64,000 nt of DNA from an uncultured Holophagae bacterium (GCA_963801995.1 CAWDGW010000017.1:605544-669543), one strand, 5' to 3'. Shown: positions 8,873 through 18,353, counted from the stretch's first letter. Made by a program: numbers and translations. Notes: generated by a model from the letters alone, not told the origin.

Positions 8873-11276
8873 TCCAGTGTCGGTGACGGTTGACCTGCGG
8901 GAACGTCGAATTGAAGCCAGTGTGGGCTCGTTGCTCGGCGAACCCGAGCAGCGAGCGATCGGTCTCTCCGGGACCGGATTGACTCGACTCTGGATCGGCC
9001 AGGAGCTCCATCGGCGGATCCAGGACGAGATGACGGCCAATCATCCCGAATACCGTCCCGAGGTCACCGTCACGGCCGAGATCGAGGTCGATGGCTGGAC
9101 GGTGGAACTCTCCGGCCGCGCCGATGGAGTGCTCTTCGAGGATGGACGTCCCTCCAGGGTGGACGAGATCAAGACCCTCCACTTCGCGGTCGATCTCCAC
9201 AACCTCTACATCGAGGAACGACTCGAGCGATTTCGGAAACAGGCGCGCCTCTACGCCCTGGCCCTGTCGGACCCCAACCACCAGGTGGACGTTCAGCTGG
9301 TTCTGGTGGACGTGGTCTCCGGCGATGTCCAGACCGATCCAGTCGAGTGGGATCCAGAAACCACCAGGGCATGGCTCGCTCAGCAGGTCCACCGGCTGAT
9401 AGCCGTCGAACGGCGGCGGCAGGATCGCCTGGAGAGGCTCCAGGAGGCCGCCGCCCAGCTCCGCTTTCCCCATGACGAGACTCGGCCGGTCCAGGACCGG
9501 ATCTCCCAGGAGGTGGAGGACTCGCTGGCCGAGGGACGACAGGTGCTGCTGCGTGCCCCCACCGGCTGTGGCAAGACGGCCGCGGTGCTTCATCCCGCTC
9601 TGCGAGTGGCCCTTTCCCGGGGCCAGAGAGTGTTCTTCCTCACCGCCAAGACCCTCCAACAGAAAATCGCAGTGGACACCGCCCGAGCCATGCAGGACGG
9701 CCTATTCCGCAGCCTTCAGCTTCGCGCCAAATCCAAAATGTGCGCCAACACCGAGGTGGTGTGTCACGAGGAATTCTGCCCCTACGCCCGTGAGTACGGT
9801 CCGAAGCTGGTGCGCAGTCAGCTTCTGAAGCACCTCCTGGCTGACGACCACCACCTCGATCCCGACCGGATTTTTCACGTTGCCACTCAACACGAGGTCT
9901 GCCCTTTCGAGGTGAGCCTCGACCTGATGCCCGAAGCCGACGTGGTGGTCTGCGATTACAACTACGTTTTCGACCCCGACATCGGCCTCGGCGCGGTGCT
10001 CCACGGCGGCGCGCTGCGCGATGCCGTGTTGATCATCGACGAGGCCCACAACCTGGTGGATCGAAGCCGCGAGTACCATTCGCCCGAGCTGGACACCGCG
10101 ATGATGGAGCGGGCGCAGACCTTCCTCCTCACGAGGGACAACGAGGTCTTTCGGAGCCTGAGATCACTGGTGACCGAGATTGCCGCGATCATCACCGAGG
10201 TGGTGGCCGAAGCCCTCGAGCCCGGTGCCACCGGCGACCGCGTGGTGGAAATCCCCGGCGACCGCATCGCCGACCTCCGGCTTGCATTCGACGGTGCTTT
10301 ACTCAGTTACTTCCTCTACAAGCGCGAGCAGGAGCTGTGGATGGCCGACGACCCGGTCATGGATGTCTTCCTGGCCCTGATGCGCTTCCACCGTGCCCTG
10401 TCCCACGGCGGGGACGAGTTCGTTCCGCTGGCGACCCGGTTTCCCCGTGGTGTGGAACGGCTCAAAATCTGCTGCCTCGACGCCTCTCGATTCGTCGGCA
10501 GAATCCTGAACGAGAGCGCCGGCGCTGTGGCCATGTCGGCCACCCTGGAGCCATTCGAGTTCTATCGCGACCTGCTCGGATTCGACCCCCATCGGACCGA
10601 TGAACTCCACGTGCCATCACCCTTCCCGGCCGAAAACCGACTGGTGCTCAGCATCCCGGACGTGGACACGACCTATCGCCAACGGGCCAACCACTACGAC
10701 CGAATCGCCTCCTGGATCGAACGCCTCTCCCACCCCGAACACAACGTCCTCACCCTCTTCCCCAGTTACCGGTTCCTCGATTCGGTCCGCGACCGCCTGC
10801 CACCCACTCGCCACCGACTGCTGATTCAAGAACCCGGTTCCACCGACGCCAACCAGCGGGAGGTGTTGGAGGCCCTGTCCAACGGCGACCCCCACCTGGT
10901 TTTCGCCGTCCTCGGCGGCATCTATGCCGAGGGCATCGACTACCCGGGCGACATGCTCTCCCAGGTCATCGTGGTCTCCCCCGGCCTGCCCCAGTTCAAC
11001 ACCGAGCGCGAACTGCTCAAGGCTTACTTCCAGGAGTACTACGGCCACGGCTTCGGCTACGCATACCTGATCCCCGGCCTCACCCGCGTCGTCCAGGCCG
11101 CCGGCCGGATCTTCCGCTCGGACACCGATCGCGGCGTCATCACCCTCATCGGCCGCCGCTTCCAGGACTCCCGTTACGCCCGCCTGCTGCCGGAGGAGTG
11201 GACCGACGACGATCCCACCTCCATGCTCCGGGAAGACCCCGCCGCCGAGGTTCGCAGGTTTTTCGACTACTACTGA
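8841..11276 (+). CDS. XPD/Rad3/DinG-family Fe-S helicase with N-terminal PD-(D/E)xK nuclease domain
   Basis: 811-aa ORF. Nuclease motif GRADGV...VDEIKT. Walker A APTGCGKTA. Four-Cys Fe-S region CANTEVVCHEEFCPY...CPFE. DEAH box IIDEAHNL. Motif VI QAAGRIFRS. Start uncertain: ATG 8841 overlaps the upstream gene by 32 nt, and GTG 8877 is an alternative. Confidence 0.85.
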   Translation: MPKPPKGPLVNPVSVTVDLRERRIEASVGSLLGEPEQRAIGLSGTGLTRLWIGQELHRRIQDEMTANHPEYRPEVTVTAEIEVDGWTVELSGRADGVLFEDGRPSRVDEIKTLHFAVDLHNLYIEERLERFRKQARLYALALSDPNHQVDVQLVLVDVVSGDVQTDPVEWDPETTRAWLAQQVHRLIAVERRRQDRLERLQEAAAQLRFPHDETRPVQDRISQEVEDSLAEGRQVLLRAPTGCGKTAAVLHPALRVALSRGQRVFFLTAKTLQQKIAVDTARAMQDGLFRSLQLRAKSKMCANTEVVCHEEFCPYAREYGPKLVRSQLLKHLLADDHHLDPDRIFHVATQHEVCPFEVSLDLMPEADVVVCDYNYVFDPDIGLGAVLHGGALRDAVLIIDEAHNLVDRSREYHSPELDTAMMERAQTFLLTRDNEVFRSLRSLVTEIAAIITEVVAEALEPGATGDRVVEIPGDRIADLRLAFDGALLSYFLYKREQELWMADDPVMDVFLALMRFHRALSHGGDEFVPLATRFPRGVERLKICCLDASRFVGRILNESAGAVAMSATLEPFEFYRDLLGFDPHRTDELHVPSPFPAENRLVLSIPDVDTTYRQRANHYDRIASWIERLSHPEHNVLTLFPSYRFLDSVRDRLPPTRHRLLIQEPGSTDANQREVLEALSNGDPHLVFAVLGGIYAEGIDYPGDMLSQVIVVSPGLPQFNTERELLKAYFQEYYGHGFGYAYLIPGLTRVVQAAGRIFRSDTDRGVITLIGRRFQDSRYARLLPEEWTDDDPTSMLREDPAAEVRRFFDYY

Positions 11277-11290
11277 TCGCCTTGGGCGGG

Positions 11291-11400
11291 ATTAGATTGA
11301 AAATTGAAAATTGAAGATTCCCCCGCCCGCCCGGGGTGAGAGGGTGAGAAGGTGAGAAGGTCAGAAGGTGAGAAGGCCCTCCCACCCACCCTTCCCTTTC
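11291..11400. repeat. composite micro-repeat block (ATTGAAA heptamers, GGTGAGAA octamers, pyrimidine-rich complement)
   Basis: gggcggg-attagattgaaaattgaaaattgaagattc-cccgccc, then ggtgaga gggtgagaa ggtgagaa ggtcagaa ggtgagaa, then ccctcccacccacccttccc. Confidence 0.8.
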
Positions 11401-11426
11401 GAGTAACCGCCGCCGGGATATGCCAG

Positions 11427-11790
11427 ATTTTGGGCATTCTCAGCCTGCACAGCTCGAGGCCGAGCCGCGCAGTCCGAATTTGTGGTGCGGGCTTCCAGCC
11501 TGCACAGCTCGAGGTTCAGGGTGTGAGTTAGATTTGCAGCCAAGATGGCCGCACCACAAGTCCGTCCTGCTGATTCGCCCTGCTTCCTCGCTGTGCCAAA
11601 TTGTGGTGCGGGCTTCCAGCCTGCACAGCTCGAGGTGACTCCCCAAGGTCCCTCGTCGGCCCTTCGGGCCTCGCTCGGGATGAAATTCCGGCTAGGCTGC
11701 CAAGGCCAGCCGGCCGTCATTTCATGGTGCGGGCTTCCAGCCTGCACAGCTCCAACGTCGAGGTGTGCAGCCAAGATGGCTGCACCACAA
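11427..11790. repeat. cluster of REP-like hairpin elements (TTGTGGTGCGGGCTTCCAGCCTGCA ... TGCAGCCAAGATGGCCGCACCACAA)
   Basis: Left arms at 11427-11459 (degenerate), 11480-11514, 11601-11635 and 11722-11751. Right arms at 11535-11559 and 11766-11790. The termini ttgtggtgcgg/ccgcaccacaa are exact inverted repeats. Confidence 0.85.
11637..11724. repeat. ~80-nt structured element, copy 1 (forward)
   Basis: tccctcgtcggcccttcgggcctcgctcgggatgaaattccggctaggctgccaaggccagccggccgtca. A reverse-complement copy lies at 12288-12370. Confidence 0.85.
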
Positions 11791-11816
11791 TCCAATCTCG
11801 CATGTTTGATTGTTGT

Positions 11817-11846
11817 CGGTTTTTCGAATTTCGAATTTCGCATTCC
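11817..11846. repeat. heptamer micro-repeat array (TCGAATT type)
   Basis: cggttttt cgaattt cgaattt cgcattc. An inverted counterpart lies at 12418-12445. Confidence 0.8.
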
Positions 11847-11861
11847 CCTTCCGGCGTTATC

Positions 11862-12290
11862 ATGGAAACAGCCATGCGATCGACCTACACATTCCTCCTG
11901 TTGGCCTTCCCCGCCCTCGCGCTGCTCAACGCGTGGTGGTTTGGGAGCGAGCTGAAGCGTTTTGTAAAAGCGACTCCGGTCATCGCCTCCACCGCGGATA
12001 TGGAAAACATGAAGGCTGTGGTGGCCCGCCAGATGTACGCCGCCCTCGCCCAGATCCTGCTTCTGGGGGCCGGGCCCGTTGTCTTCATGCTCGGGTTGGC
12101 TCGGGGAGTTCTGGGGCCGAGGGACGTGCTCTTCATCATCGTTCCGTCGGCCGCCGTCATCGTCGCCGGGAGCCTCTACAAGCGGGTCGAGATCGCGGCG
12201 CGCAACATCGAGGCCATCGATGACGAGCTCAGACGCCAACGCGACGCCATCGTCGCGACCTGGCTCAAGAAGCCCTTCCCCGATTGGTGA
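11862..12290 (+). CDS. small hypothetical membrane protein (about 3 TM)
   Basis: The ORF track gives 11601-12290, but its 5' part translates repeat DNA. The first plausible start is ATG 11862 (METAMRSTYTFLLLAFPALALL...). Hydrophobic segments plus a charged C-terminal tail. No family recognised. Confidence 0.5.
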   Translation: METAMRSTYTFLLLAFPALALLNAWWFGSELKRFVKATPVIASTADMENMKAVVARQMYAALAQILLLGAGPVVFMLGLARGVLGPRDVLFIIVPSAAVIVAGSLYKRVEIAARNIEAIDDELRRQRDAIVATWLKKPFPDW

Positions 12291-12370
12291 CGTGACGGCG
12301 GGCTGGCCTTGGCAGCCCAGCCGGAACGTCATCCCGAGCGAGGGCCGAAGGCCCGACGAGGGATCTGTTC
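12288..12370. repeat. ~80-nt structured element, copy 2 (inverted)
   Basis: tgacgtgacggcgggctggccttggcagcccagccggaacgtcatcccgagcgagggccgaaggcccgacgagggatc. Its reverse complement aligns by hand to 11645-11724 at roughly 72 of 82 positions. It begins at the TGA stop of the small ORF. Confidence 0.85.
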
Positions 12371-12417
12371 GCCGATCGCACTGAGGAACATCGCGGGCCG
12401 GCCTCGGCGGCCCAGCC

Positions 12418-12445
12418 GGATTCGAAATGCGAAATTCGAAAACCG
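12418..12445. repeat. heptamer micro-repeat array (inverse of 11817-11846)
   Basis: ggattcgaaatgcgaaattcgaaaaccg is the reverse-complement style of cggtttttcgaatttcgaatttcgcattc. Confidence 0.8.
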
Positions 12446-12470
12446 AACCCGACCGATACAGCGAGGGCGG

Positions 12471-12642
12471 ATCGTGGTCCGGGCCTCTGGCCTGCTGACT
12501 CGACGGTGGAGTTAGGCAGCCGGGACGGCCGCACCACAAATCGTCCGGCCGGGTGGGTGGAAATCTTCATTCTTGGATCTTCAATCTTTCATCAAACCTG
12601 ATGGTGGTGTCAGGCAGCCGAGATGGCTGAACCACAACACCG
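12471..12642. repeat. REP-like hairpins plus TTCAATC-type array
   Basis: 12471-12539: tcgtggtccgggcctctggcctgc...ggcagccgggacggccgcaccacaa. 12561-12598: aaatcttcattcttggatcttcaatctttcatcaaacc. 12602-12637: tggtggtgtcaggcagccgagatggctgaaccacaa. Confidence 0.75.
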
Positions 12643-12731
12643 CCGGAGTTGTTCGACCCACCGCACCCCTGAGGCCGACTGCGGTGCGGCGTCTCGTCCC
12701 CGTCGCAATAGAAAGCCGATGAGACAGGCGG

Positions 12732-13598
12732 CTAGTCCGTCGGTGCCATCCTCTTCACGCCGCGGACAAAGAAAGCGTCGTTGGTCTCATTATCGACCAC
12801 TGACGCGTAGGAAAAGCCTCCCGCTCCCTCCGTCTGACACCTCACCTGAATCCAAACTGCGTTCCATTCTCCGCCCTGCCACCCGGCAAATGGATCGGAT
12901 TCCTGGACCATTGCATAGGGAGGCACGTCGATAAAGAAATGTGCACACCCGCCAGGTGGGCAATTTCCGTCTGAGCCGTAACCCTGGATGCGGTACCTGG
13001 CCTCGATCGCCGTCGGGTTGACCACGCCGATGTTCACCCGATAGCGATTGTCCGCAGTGTGCTTCACCGCCATCAAATACTGCTGCTGGCCGGCATCCCA
13101 GGGATCGTCATCGGGGGACATGTCGGCTGTCGGGATACCCTCGATGAGCTGTCCGTAAGAGGCCGTGCCGGCAGCGTTGATCGAGTAGACGCGTGCCCAA
13201 ATCTGGATCGGGACGGTCGATGTGTAGTGGATGGCGCCTGTCCAGGCACCCCCGCCAATACCCAGGAACTCCTCGACGACGTCCTCGAAATAGACCACCA
13301 TGGCGCCATCCGGAAACTCGACAGGATGCTCGACAGCGTCGGAGTTGTCCTGCCCACTTCTGCAGAATGCCAAATCGACCTCTCCTATGGCCTGGTGGCG
13401 TGCAATCCAGAGATCCGTCCGCCAAATCGACCCCTGCAACCCAGGGGCGTGGGCAGCGGCTAGAATCCAGCCGTCCGTGTGCTGGGTCTGGTTGAGCTGC
13501 GCAGCAGAAGGCACCGCGACCAGAACCACGAGGGCCCACCAGGAGACAGCTGCCCATGGCAATTGGTGAATACGAAATTTCGTGACGCACCTATTCAT
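12732..13598 (-). CDS. secreted hypothetical protein
   Basis: 288-aa ORF. AAGGAGG RBS 7 nt upstream of ATG 13598. Signal peptide WWALVVLVAVPSAAQ. No family recognised. Confidence 0.65.
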   Translation of the reverse strand: MNRCVTKFRIHQLPWAAVSWWALVVLVAVPSAAQLNQTQHTDGWILAAAHAPGLQGSIWRTDLWIARHQAIGEVDLAFCRSGQDNSDAVEHPVEFPDGAMVVYFEDVVEEFLGIGGGAWTGAIHYTSTVPIQIWARVYSINAAGTASYGQLIEGIPTADMSPDDDPWDAGQQQYLMAVKHTADNRYRVNIGVVNPTAIEARYRIQGYGSDGNCPPGGCAHFFIDVPPYAMVQESDPFAGWQGGEWNAVWIQVRCQTEGAGGFSYASVVDNETNDAFFVRGVKRMAPTD

Positions 13599-13755
13599 TT
13601 GCTCATCCTCCTTCGTGTCACACCGTGCATCGGTGTTAGGACCTCAATCAAATTGGCTCGGGTCAACCGAGATTGTAGATGACTGAATTAATAGCACAAT
13701 GATACGAACAAAGAAAGCCCCCATTCCCAGATCCAGGCTCGATCCGGCGGGCGTC

Positions 13756-13802
13756 GGAATCGAAATCGGTTTTCCGAATTCCGAATTCCGAATTCTGAAT
13801 TT
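13756..13802. repeat. heptamer micro-repeat array (GAATTCC type)
   Basis: ggaatcgaaatcggttttccgaattccgaattccgaattctgaattt. 29 nt are identical to the reverse complement of 22125-22153. Confidence 0.85.
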
Positions 13803-13849
13803 ACCTACCCGCTTGACCCAGCACCCCCGTCCCTCTAACTTCAAGCTTC

Positions 13850-16800
13850 GTGGCTTCTCCAACCGATCCTCTGCGATTATTCGACCCGGTGGTGGCCCGG
13901 TGGTTTAGCGAAGAAGGTCGGCGAACCCACCGAGGTCCAGCGGCTCGCGTGGCCCGTAATCGCCGCTGGGGAGCACTCCCTGGTGACCGCTCCCACCGGC
14001 AGCGGCAAGACCCTGGCCGCCTTCCTGTGGGCGCTGGACCGGCTGCTCTCCCGAGATTGGGAGGGCGGGCGGAATTCGGGTGCTCTACGTCTCGCCTCTG
14101 CGAGCCCTGGGCAACGACGTGCGCCGGAATCTGCTGGCCCCGCTGGCCGATCTCGAGGGCCTGTTGGCTGACGCCGGCACCCCCGGGGCGGTCGTCCGGG
14201 TCATGAGCCGAACCGGAGACACATCCCAGGCGGAACGGCGACAGATCCAGAAGAACCCTCCCGAGATCCTCATCACCACCCCCGAGAGCCTCAACATCCT
14301 CGTCACATCTGCAGGCGGCCAGCGGCTTCTCGGCGGCTTGCGGACCGTGATCCTGGACGAGATTCACGCCGTTTTTGGGTCCAAACGGGGCGTCCACCTG
14401 ATGAGCGCCGTAGAACGGCTGGTGCCTCTGTCAGGTGAATTCCAGCGAGTCGCCCTCTCCGCCACCGTTCACCCGAAAGAGCTCATCGCGCGCTGGGTCG
14501 GCGGGCACAGGATCGAGCGAACCCCATCGGATCGGATCCACCACCCTCGAACGGTGACCACGATCGCCGCCACCACCCCCAAGGCCTACGACATCGGGGT
14601 CTCCCTTCCGGTGGCGGAACCCGGTGCCAGCCGGGATCCGGACTCCTTGTGGGCCGAGCTCACTCGCCGACTCAAGCGCACCGTTCGCGAACAACCGATC
14701 CACTCTGATCTTCGGCAACAGCAAGCGGGTGGTGGAGAAGGTGGCCAGATTCCTCAACGAGGACGAGCCGACTCAGCTCGCCTACTCCCACCACGGAGCC
14801 CTGTCCAGGGAGATCAGGGCGGTTGTGGAAGAGCGACTCAAGGAGGGCCGGTTGAAGGCCATCGTGGCCACCAACTCCCTCGAGCTGGGTATCGACATCG
14901 GTGCCATTGACGAGGTCGCCATGGTCCAACCGCCGCCGACGGTGGCTTCGACGGTCCAGAGACTCGGGCGGTCCGGCCACGGTGTCGGCGAGACCAGTCG
15001 AGGTCGTCTGTACCCGCTCCACGGCTACGCCCTTCTCGAGTCGGCGGTGCTCGACCCGAGCCGTACTCGACGGAGACCTCGAACCGGCTCGCCCGGTCGT
15101 CAATCCGTTGGATGTCCTGGCCCAGATCGTGCTCTCCATGACCGTTCGCCAGGTCTGGACCACCGACGATCTCTACGACGCGGTCCGGGCCTGCGACGCC
15201 TACCGTCACCTGCCCAGGTCCCAATTCGACCTCGTCCTTCAGATGCTGGCCGGTAGATACGCCACCACCAAGCTGCGCAGTCTCCGGCCACTGCTGAGCC
15301 TCGACGGCGTCGACAACACGGTGACGGCGCGACCCGGAGCCGAGCGATTGATCTATCTCTCGGGGGGCACGATCCCCGATCGCGGCTACTTCACCCTCCG
15401 AATCGACGGCAGCGGAGCGCCCCTCGGCCAACTCGACGAGGAGTTCGTCTGGGAACGGTCGGTGGGTGACACCTTCACCCTCGGCGTGCAGACCTGGCGA
15501 GTCCAGCGGATCACCCACAACGACGTTTTTGTCAGCCATGCCGACGCGCGGTCGGCCATGGCGCCCTTCTGGCGGGCCGAGGAACGGGACCGCTCTGCAT
15601 TCCTCTCAGAGAGGATCGGGAGCTTCCTGGAACAGGCCTTGCCCAGGCTCGAGCACGACAGCTTCACCGACGAGCTCGAGCGGGATTTCCACCTCGAGCC
15701 AACCGCAGCCGCCGAGCTCCGACGGCTGCTTGCCCAGCAGGTGGCTTCAACCGGAACCCTGCCCCACCGCTCTCAGGTGGTCGTGGAGCACACGGTTGGG
15801 GCTGGGAATCGCACCGGTCACCGCCAGATGGTGCTCCACACCATGTGGGGAGGGCGGGTCAACCGACCTTTCGGCTACGCCCTCGCCACCGCCTGGACAG
15901 CGGCGTACGGTGGCCGCCCGGAGATCATCCACGGCGACGACTGCCTGTGTGATTACCCACCCCGTCGACCAGACCCCGGATGATCCGTTCGCCCTGGTAC
16001 CGCCTGACAGGATCGAGGAATTGCTCCGGCCATCTCTGGAACATACCGGCTTTTTTGGGGCGCGATTCCGAGAGGCCGCCGGCCGGGCTTTGCTGCTACC
16101 CCGCGGCGGTGGACGCCGGCGGACGCCGCTCTGGCTCAACCGGCAGCGGGCCAAGGAGCTTCTGGATATCGTGTCCGATCACGGGGACTTTCCGCTGGTC
16201 CTGGAGGCCTGGCGCGAGTGCCTCCACGACGAGTTCGAACTGGAAGCCCTTCGCGATCGATTAACGGAGGTTGCCGACGGCAGGATCGCGGTGCGGCACG
16301 TCCACACCGACAACCCCTCACCCTTCACCGAACAGGTGGCCTGGCGCCAGACCAACACCCTGATGTACGAGGACGACGCGCCTACATCCCGCGGCGCCGG
16401 CCGCTTACGCGGGGACCTGGTCCGGGAGTTGGCCCTGTCCTCCCACCTCAGGCCCCGGATTTCCGCCCGGCTGGCTCGCGAACTCCAGGCCAAGATCCAA
16501 CGCACCGCTTCTGGCTACGCGCCCCGCGACCATCGGGACCTGCTCGACTGGACCCGCGAACGACTGATGATCCCGGGCCACGAGTGGGTGGAGCTGCTCG
16601 CGGCGATGGAAAGGGACTACGGGATCGATACCACAGACGTGCTGGCCGACGTCGCCCACCGGATCGCCGCCTGGCAACCGCATGGTGCCGAGGGCCTGAT
16701 CATGGTGTGTGCGGTTGAGAACATCCCTGTCCTGGCCGGCGCATTCGGCCTGCCCGTCGAGACCGACCATCTCAGTTCGGCCATCCTCGAGGAGAAACCC

Positions 16801-18328
16801 GCGACTGAAGCCGCTGCCGCCCTCTCAACAATGGTCAGCAACGGGATCGTCGAAGCCGACGAGCGCAGCCCTGCCGACGTGCTTGGCGAGTGGCTCACCT
16901 TCTACGGGCCGGTGAGCCGGGAGACCATTTCCCATCTCATACCGTTGAGCCAGTCCGATCTCGACGGTGCGATCGAGGAGCTCGCGGACCAGGAGATGGT
17001 GGTGGCCGACCTGATCACGGATGGTTCGGAGGCCATCCAGATCTGCGACCGCCAGAATCTCGAACGACTGCTGCGCATGGCGCGAGCCGCCGCCAGACCT
17101 TCCCTCCAGCCCCAGCCGGCACAGCTGCTCCCGCTCTTCCTGGCCCACCACCAACAACTGGCAACCAGAAATTCCAATCTGGAGGACCTCAAGGGTGTTT
17201 TGGAGACCCTCATTGGGTGGTCGTGTCCGGTGGATTCCATCGAGTCCGAGCTGCTACCCGCTCGCATCGACGGTTACCAACCACAGTGGCTCGATACGTT
17301 GTTGGCCGAAACTGACCTCGAGTGGTTCGGTTGCGGTCCACGAAAACTGACCTTCGGGTTCGCCGGAGACCGCGACATTCTCCTCCCCGACTCCTCGTTC
17401 AACGCCGAGGCTCTGGAAAAGGTATTTCCGACGTCCATGGGGCGGTACACCCTCACCGAACTGCTCCAGCACTCCAAGCTGGAGTCCTCTGCTCTGGTGG
17501 AACTGCTCTGGGAGGCGGTGTGGGCTGGAGCCGTCTCCGCCGATTCGTTTGGCGCCGGTGCGACACGGAACTGCCACCCATTTCAAGGCCGCGCCGGCGG
17601 CAAACGACCGACCCCGGACGGGGCGTCGACGGGTTCGATTCGATCGCTGGAAATCACGGTTGCCAATCGCCGGGGCGTGGCGCCGGCTGGCCCCTGCCGA
17701 ACCACCGGCCGACGCCCTCGATGTCGAGGAGGACGACCGGGAGCGGGCACGCCTGGTGCTCGACCGATACGGCTTGGTCTTTCGGGAACTGGTTGAACGG
17801 GAGCTGCCCCCCTTCCGCTGGCGCTCGCTGTTTCGCGCGTTGCGGATGCTCGAGCTGAGTGGAGAGGTCGTCGCAGGGAGGTTCTTCGAAGGCATCCCCG
17901 GCCTCCAGTTCATGTCCCTGCCGGCACTGAGAGTCCTTCAGGACGGCCTCCCTGAGGACAACGTGTGGTGGCTCAACGCCGCCGATCCGGCCTCTCCGTG
18001 CGGGCTCGGCGCGGTCGAGCTCGGCCTCGACCTCCCCCGCCGCATTCCCTCCAACCACATGGTCTTCCACGGTCGCCGACTGGTTCTGGTCTCCGAGCGC
18101 CGAGGCGCCCACCTGGCCATCCACGTCCCAGCCGACCACCCTCGATTGGCGGACTACTTCGATTTTCTCAAGGTCCAGCTCGGCCGCACCGTGCGACCCC
18201 GCCGATCGATCACCGTGGAGACCATCAACGACGAGCCGGCCACCGCCAGCCCCTACCGGGCCGTGTTGCAGGACCTGTTCCACGTCACCAGGACTCCCAA
18301 CGCCCTGCGGCTTGGACGGAAGTACTGA
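13850..18328 (+). pseudogene. lhr: Lhr-type large DEAD/DEAH-box helicase, interrupted by six frameshifts
   Basis: Consecutive Lhr-like segments step through frames 2,0,1,2,0,1,2: DPLRLFDPVVARWF; LVTAPTGSGKTLAAFL; VLYVSPLRALGNDV with ILDEIHAV; STLIFGNSKR...HHGALSRE...QRLGRSGH; NPLDVLAQ...; a long Lhr C-terminal extension; ERARLVLDRYGLVFRE... Junctions lie near 13916, 14073, 14692, 15056, 15948 and 17551. Confidence 0.85.
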
Positions 18329-18353
18329 TTTGACCAGGTGACCGTGTGTCCAA

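Noticed and set aside
11361-12539. 392-aa minus-strand ORF (and 11601-11861, 11545-11955, 12265-12570) across the repeat cluster
   Set aside because: These translations are Arg/Gly/Pro-rich readings of repeat DNA. The same peptide strings recur because the DNA repeats. There is no RBS or family signal.
11427-12642. Possible CRISPR array, given many copies of a ~35-nt repeat
   Set aside because: The repeats occur in both orientations as hairpin arms. Spacing is irregular, the 'spacers' are themselves repeated elements, and no cas genes or leader are present.
13850-18328. Programmed ribosomal frameshifting or another recoding mechanism as the explanation for the lhr shifts
   Set aside because: Six events in one gene have no precedent. 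The junctions lack shared slippery heptamers or downstream structures. Each is explained by one extra base.
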